Assembly (NCBI GenBank): GCA_964016885.1
Contig: OZ024741.1
Coordinates: forward strand, 225,990,001-226,054,000
Source of the DNA: Eledone cirrhosa
Lineage: Eukaryota
Length of the DNA stretch: 64,000 nucleotides
Direction: 5' to 3'
Below the pieces are notes generated by a model that did no database searches, had not been told where the DNA came from, and saw nothing but the letters and a program-made list of their open reading frames with translations. The position numbers and the translations under genes are program-made. This document shows, piece by piece, positions 56,577 through 64,000 of the stretch (positions are counted from its first letter, which is position 1; each line of letters starts with the position of its first letter).

Positions 56577-58584
56577 AAGAATGAGAAATCAGAACGATTG
56601 AAGGGAGGAGCAGGGCGGAATCGGGAAAAAAATGTTTTTTAGAGAAAAATAACAGGTCTATTCATGTTGCCATCACTTGGAAATATATGTTTATTTATGG
56701 AATGGATCATCGTTTATTTCTCCGATGATTATTCCGGTTGTTTAATCAACAAAGCACCCTGCTCACGAAATTAACCTGTGATTGAGCAATAACGTAATTT
56801 TCATGGATATTCAGGGAGACAGTGTGTAACGACGCTGTCCCTTTCAGTTAGAGGCACAGTCGATCCGACAGGCTCCCAAACAGTTAGCATCTCCCCATTT
56901 TCACCCAGTAGGCATGGGTCGATAAGAAGCAGTGGTTAATGATCCTTATATCCTTATCAAAGATCAAATGTAGTGGAATTGAAACCAGGAACTAACGATT
57001 GCATCATGACTTCCTTAACCATCTGTCCATGCTTCGGTCACAGTATATATATTATATATATATGAGAGAGGGAGAGTGAGAGAGAGAGAGAGCGAGAGAA
57101 AGAGAGAGGCGTGTGTGTTGGTATATATATTATATTTGTGTATATATGTGTGTCGTTATCTCTGTCTCATTGTGCGCCATTATGTCTGATTGGAAATATG
57201 TGTGTGGGCAAATGGGAGCGTTGTAGGCGATATACATTGGCTCCTAGCTATGTACTTCCTATATGAAAGCTAATTGCTACGTTAAACCTTCCTATAATGT
57301 TAGGCACTCTTTCTCACATGTATTCAATCCCCTATATTAAATTAGCATGTAAAACAAAAAGAAATAGGATTTCTACTCTGCTTTCGTTATGATAAATGCC
57401 CGAATCTATCAACGTTGAAAATACATGAAATGTTTTCCGAATAAAAGGAAAGAAAAAGAATATTAATAGAGATCCATTTCAGCCCTTAGTTCTGTAATGT
57501 TAATTGAATAATATGTATTAAACAGGAATTGCTATTTTCTATTGAATATTAATAGATTTTGTTTTGTTTATGTTTTGTATTTCTCTTCTGTATGCATTGT
57601 TTCAAAGAGTAATTGGATATTTAATTCATGTATCTTTCTTACTCCTCTAATACCAGTTTTGTCTCTCAGCTAGTTTGGAGAAAAAAAGAGCCTTTTGAAT
57701 AGTTTTTTATATTGCCAACACTTTCGTTAAATCCTTGTTGCTAATTTAGCCATCAACCTTTCGATCAAATACTTTTAAAAACATGGTTCGGAGTATAATT
57801 CCATTTATTTCTCTTCGGGCTATTAGAGAATAAATACAACAATGCCAAAGAATATAGTTACCAGAGCAAAAGTAAAAATGATGCATTAACAATATGAATA
57901 AAGAGGATATAACAAGAGTAACAACAAACAAGGAAAAACAATGCGAAATTATAAAATCCTGAGTGCAGGTTTCATAGATAATAATCTGAGCAGTATTTAG
58001 AAAGAAGTTGATGAAAAGAGGTAGAAGAGTAACACGAGGAGGAGTAGAAGGAGGCGGAAATAATGAAAACAAATTGGGGAATATGTGAATATTTGGAATT
58101 GTTTGAAACTAAAAAGAAAACATGTGATGAAGTGCAGATTAAACTTAGATGTTGTGTCAAATAAACTGGAAGATGGCTGGGTTAATCAGTGTCGAGACTA
58201 AACAACGGAAAGGAGAGAATATAGTGTGAGTAAGAAAAAACAGAGGAGGGAGGGGATAGACACAAATAAAGTGGGTAACTGATATAGTCATATGAGAGAA
58301 ATAGAGGAGATAGAAGAGCAAAGAAGCAAACGATGGGTCACATAAACAACTTCTAGAGGTATCTCAGATTTGAGAATTTCAAAATGTTAGACTACAAAAG
58401 GCATGCGAAATGAAGCCATGGCTGCTGCTGCTGCTGCTGCTGTTGTTGTTGTTGCTGCTCCTGCGTCTTCTTCTTCTTCTTCTTCTTCTTCTTCTTCTTC
58501 TTCTTCTTCTTCTTCTTCTTCTTCTTCTTCTTCATCTTCTTCTTCTTCTTTCAGTCGCTGTCATTGTTATTATTATTTATTTTT

Positions 58585-58960
58585 GGCGTGGATTGGCAGT
58601 ATCGGTAGAGGGTCGGACGCCATGCTTTCCAGCATAGTTACGTCCCTTTACGACCTGAGTTCAAATCCCGCCGAGGTTGACTTTGCCTTTCATCCTTACG
58701 GGGTCGATAAAATAAAGTACCAGTAATGCACTGGTTAATTGCTGGCCTTGTGCCTAAAGTAGAAACAATTATTTATTTTTGGCGTATCGGTAGATGGTCG
58801 GACGTCATGTTTTGCAGCAAAGAGTTACGGCCCTTTACCGTTTAAGTTCAAATCCCGCCGAGGTTAACTTTACCTTTCATCCTTACGGGGTCGATAAAAT
58901 AAAGTACCAGTCATGCACTGGGGTAATTGCTGGCCTTGTGCCAAAAGAAGCAACAATTAT
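58585..58960 (+). mobile_element. Two tandem dominant-SINE copies after (GCT)/(GTT)/(TCT)n microsatellites
   Basis: Full A box, B box, body and tail. Confidence 0.9.
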
Positions 58961-59205
58961 TTTTATTTTTATTAGATGCATACATTACAACCACACACAT
59001 ACACACACACCGACAAACACACACACACACACACACACACAATATATATATATATTGGGACGTCAAGTATGAAATTTGTAGAAAAAAAAACATATGACCA
59101 TATGCCTCTGTACAAATTTTATTCTTGACGACCCCATATATATATATATATATTTATATGTATGTATGTATGTATGTGAGATGACCCCATATATATATAT
59201 ATATT

Positions 59206-59237
<32 letters not shown>

Positions 59238-59866
59238 TGAGAGATGACCTCTTAGCCTTTGTCAAGGCAGAATTCTAGGAGTAGGAAAACTCTGATATAA
59301 CACCTGCAACTCTGATGGTACCCAATGATGTTGACTTGTTCTTCTTTTTGGTAAATATCATCTTGGTTAAGAGAGTGGGACTGGCTTTGTGCAGTGCCTT
59401 TGCTCACTATAAAAGCTTCACGGCACAGGCATTGCTTTATATCTGGAGATCTCTCTGCACTTGTCGTCACATGGAACCATGGGCCCAGCACTGTGTCAAT
59501 AATTGTCACAAGTGTAGTGTTTGTACCAGAGTTTTCAAGTCGCTGGCTGGACTAAAAAGTCACACTCGTTCAGCGCATCGGTAGGGGTTCTCCTATATGG
59601 ATATAAAGTAGTGGCCGTACTCGAAAACGAGTTGGCAGCCACGATGTATGTATGTATGTATAGTATATAAATGCATTTGTATGGGAAAGGACCTGTTTTC
59701 CGTCACACCTGAGTGGAGATTTTCAGTAATTAGTCTTTCGTTTAGTTTTTTACGATTCTTATTTTATTGATTTCTTGCCTTGAAAACAAGTTTGTTAATT
59801 GGCTCACCTATAGTGAACAAGTATGGAGCTCGTGTTTATTTTTATTTAAATGGCTAGATAAACATG

Positions 59867-59899
<33 letters not shown>

Positions 59900-59929
59900 C
59901 AGTATATGTATATATACTTACGGTATCTA

Positions 59930-59985
<56 letters not shown>

Positions 59986-60487
59986 TCCATATATAGATAA
60001 GTATATATACTTATACTGATATATATATATATATATACTGTATATACATGTATGTATGTATATATACATGTATGTATGTATGTATGTATGTATGTATGTA
60101 TGTATATATGTATGTATATATCTATGTATTTATGTATGTATATATGTATGTATATATACACACACACATACACACACACACACACACATATATTTATTTA
60201 TTATCTGCTTTTCTGAAACCGGGGTGACCATTAATCATGTGAGTACTAAAAGCATAAAACGTATATGAGTGAGAGTACATTATAGAAAAGCAGCTGTTGA
60301 TCAGGCACGTTATCGACATTAAACAAGGAAACGCAAAGGCGGACACAGCCTGACGCTAGTTACGTCGCAGGTAGACACAACATACATGTCCGAAAATAAT
60401 ACGCACAATACTAGTTCCGTTAATAAAGACAGCGGAGTTTTCTTCAGTGGAATTGTACATATATATATAGATACATCTCTCTCTCTG

Positions 60488-60639
<152 letters not shown>

Positions 60640-60659
60640 GGGCCGGTAAAATTCACGAG

Positions 60660-60975
60660 ATCCATGGAGGTGTTCTCTCCAACGGTCTCCAAGAGACCAG
60701 TGTCTGTCCTTAGGGCATCAGCATATGTTAACCTCGGTCATCATCTTCCAGTGTGTCCATGCAGAGGCTCCCACAGGAGCACTGAGTGCAGTGTCAACTC
60801 TGGATGTCATTGAGCATGTCCAGCTAACCTCAGTCTCCTCTGTGATACTTTCGAGCTGACTTTTGGGAGGCTGCCGTACAGCTCTGAGTTCTTATTCCTC
60901 AGTGTATACTGATTAATCTTCACAGCCGCCCTCGGCATTCTCGTGTAGCTCCCATCCACCATCTGAGTGAGTTTC
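60660..60975 (-). mobile_element. RTE-like RT C-terminal fragment
   Basis: VDGSYTRMPRAA..NSELYGSLPKVSSKVSQRRLRLAGH..LLWEPLHG..LTYADALRTDTGL. Confidence 0.8.
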
Positions 60976-61172
60976 AGAAAGGGTGAGGTAACATGCCAGG
61001 TAGACCATAACCCACCAGAGTACATGATACTTGGTGTAGTAGAGTGGGGTAATATGAAAAGATTCAGGAGCCCAACGGTTGAGCTCCGGCCGTTGCGACA
61101 GCTTGATTCTATCAGTTCGGATCTAGCTGTCGAAATGGCCGGAGCTCATCCGTCGGGGCCCTGAATCTTTTC

Positions 61173-61203
<31 letters not shown>

Positions 61204-61464
61204 TAAAAATTAATGAATAAAACAATGAAACAGTTCCTTATATTAAACAAAAAAAGTTCATTATTTAACGATCGTTTCTAGGATATATATGTAAACTCTT
61301 GGTAGATTTATCTACATATATATATATATATATATATATATAAAGAAATTTTTCCGGGCCGTCTAATATAATTGAATAAAACAGTGATATAATATATATT
61401 ACACGACCCAGAAAAATGTTATTCCTTGAGCTTTTTTGTAAGAGACTATTTTGAGTTTCTAACT

Positions 61465-61512
<48 letters not shown>

Positions 61513-61565
61513 TAAAATAACAGATTAAAGTTTAAGCAAAGAATCGCTGCTTTCACCCTTATTAT

Positions 61566-61613
<48 letters not shown>

Positions 61614-61932
61614 TATATATATATAAGTCGGCAGACTTCGCAGGGACTCTATATCTTTATGATGTATTGTTTTTGTTTATGCCACGAAACTACGTAGTCG
61701 AGGAATCTAGGAGCAGTTTAGGTATGATACATTTTATTACTAATTATATCTAAATGTTCCTTCTCTCTTCATAATGTATTTTTAACTCTGATACTGGTTC
61801 AGTCTGGTTCAACCAGATTGGTCTGTCCCAGTCATTCATTGAGCAACATCGGTGAGGTTGGCACCCTTAACTCACGGTTGGGTGTGGATGCATTCATGTA
61901 TATGTGTGTGTCCGCATGTATCTGTGTGTTTC

Positions 61933-62039
<107 letters not shown>

Positions 62040-63035
62040 AAGGTATATATTGAGTTAGAAACTAAAAAATAGTCTCTTACAAAAAAGCTCAAGGAATAAC
62101 ATTTTTCTGGGTCGTGTAATATATATTTTCCTTGAGCTATTTAATTGTAAAAGACTATTTTGAGTTTTGATAAATTCGGCTCCTTCAATTTGTAGAGCTA
62201 TTTTAAATGTCGAATGAACTTGGCTGCTATTTTTAGTAGCATGCGTTTTCCGAGACACGCTAGCTCTGGATGCCATGTGCATTATGTTGTATACGCACAC
62301 CATTCAGTCTTCTGAGATACTTAGAAGTGAAGGGTTTACTAATTCCACAGCTACTGAAGAGCAATAGAATTGGTAATTTCCTTTCCCTAAATTGCGAAAC
62401 AGCATTACCAAAAGCTATCTGGGTGTTTGATAGTTGTCACAATTTCTGTTTGTATTTTTTTCTAATATACCGGCAATCGTTCTGTTTAATTCTATAAGAA
62501 CCCAATTGCTATAATTTTCATGTATACATCGCTATTTCAGGGCACCAATACTAATATATGTGTATAATTTTCAAATTCCTAAAACAACTTATACTTTTAG
62601 GATAAGTGAGATATAAATCAATGTTAAGGAGACCACTTTCTTTCAAAGTTATTTAGAAATAGGAGAAGATATCGGGAAGAACTCAACAGCCTTGCGCCAT
62701 AGCGTCTTCTCCAAGACTATTTCGTATTCTACAGGTCACTCCCCAAATACTATTAGGAAAAAACCAATAATTAAATAATCTGGTTCTCCACACCCCCATC
62801 CTTCTCTTCAAATGTCAAACGTAATGTCAGAAAGGTTTTTAGCCCTCATAGATGTTACCGATTCTGCCAATTCATCGCACCACAAAAAATATTTGCAATA
62901 ATAATCGTTTATGAATGTGTATTTATGTGTGTATAGCTAGTTGAGTTTGGTTTCCTGCTACGCCTGAATAGTAATAACAACCACAGAAACAAAAATAGTA
63001 CTTATAATAATTTGTATTATTACCCTCAACATCAG

Positions 63036-63865
63036 GGTGGTGGATTGGCAGTATCGGTAGAGCGTCAGACGCCATGCTTTGCAGCATAGAGTTACGGCCC
63101 TTTATGATCAGAGTTCAAATCTTGCCGAGGTTAACTTTGCCTTTCATCCTTACGGGGGTCGATAAAATAAAGTACCAATTACGCACTGGGGTCGACATAA
63201 TCGACTTTCCCCTCCCCCAAATTTGCTGGCCTTGTGCCGTTAGTAGAAATCTTTATAACCATTAACATCAGGACGGTAGATTGGCCGTATGGGTAGAGCG
63301 TCAGACACCATCCTTTGCAGCATAGAATTATGGCCCTTTATGTTCTGAGTTGAAATCCCGCCGCGGTTAGCTTTGTCTTTCATCCTTACAGGGTTGATAA
63401 AATAAAGTACCAGTGGCATCGATCTCATAGAATTTCCCTTCCCCAAAATTGCTGGCCTTGTGCCTAAGCTAGGTGGATTGGCAGTATCGGTAGAGGGTCG
63501 GACGCCATGCTTTGTAGCATAGTTACGTCCCTTTACGGACTGAGTTCAAATCCCGCCGAGGTTAACTTTGCCTTTCATCCTTACGGGGTCGATAAAATAA
63601 AGTACCAGTAATACACTGGCGTAATTGCTGGCCTTGTGCCAAAAGTACAAACATTATTACCATTAACATCATTATCACTATCATAATGACAACTATATTA
63701 ATAATTGTTTCTACTTTAGGCACAAGGCCAGCAATTATCCAGTGCATCGCTGGTACTTTATTTTATCGATCCCGTAAGGATGAAAGGCAAAGTTAACCTC
63801 GGCGAGATTTGAACTCAGATTGTAAAGGGACGACCCTCTACCAACCCTCTACCAACACTGCCAAA
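63036..63865. mobile_element. Four dominant-SINE copies (three plus, one minus)
   Basis: GGTGGATTGGCAGTATCGGTAGAG head and conserved body. Confidence 0.9.
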
Positions 63866-64000
63866 TAATAATGAACCAATCAGCAAAATGAACATGAATT
63901 GTTGTGGCTGTATGTGGACGTGTGTGAATGTGCGTGTGCGCTTGCGTACGTATGTGTATTGGGTTAGGGTTAGGGTTCAATAAGTTGCCGGGGCACAAAT

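Noticed and set aside
58585-58680. tRNA gene
   Set aside because: The A and B boxes belong to the SINE head, and no cloverleaf forms.
59315-59584. Host C2H2 zinc-finger gene
   Set aside because: Part of a repeated RTE 3' end with an (ATGT)n tail.
63959-63977. TTAGGG repeats
   Set aside because: Only two to three units; no evidence of a telomere.

Overview
AT-rich, microsatellite-dense eukaryotic DNA, probably an intron or intergenic region of an octopod cephalopod (inferred from the dominant tRNA-derived SINE and the extreme (TA)n load). Almost all ORF-track entries are microsatellite translations. I see no intact host gene, only one good exon candidate (989-1095). Recognisable elements: Penelope-like element (PLE) RT and GIY-YIG remnants, a degenerate Rep/PIF1 Helitron and a non-autonomous Helitron, a mariner relic, four R4/Dong-type RLE LINE remnants, RTE remnants and roughly 25-30 SINE copies. 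The main hidden signal is about 20 type-I hammerhead ribozyme motifs, intact or degenerate, from roughly ten unrelated sequence families. Most have a palindromic minimal stem III, sit in short fold-back elements embedded in (TA)n tracts, and lie near PLE ORF remnants. One family carries a compensatory U3-A8 core (UUGAAAA). All structures were folded by eye, and coordinates of degenerate repeats are approximate.
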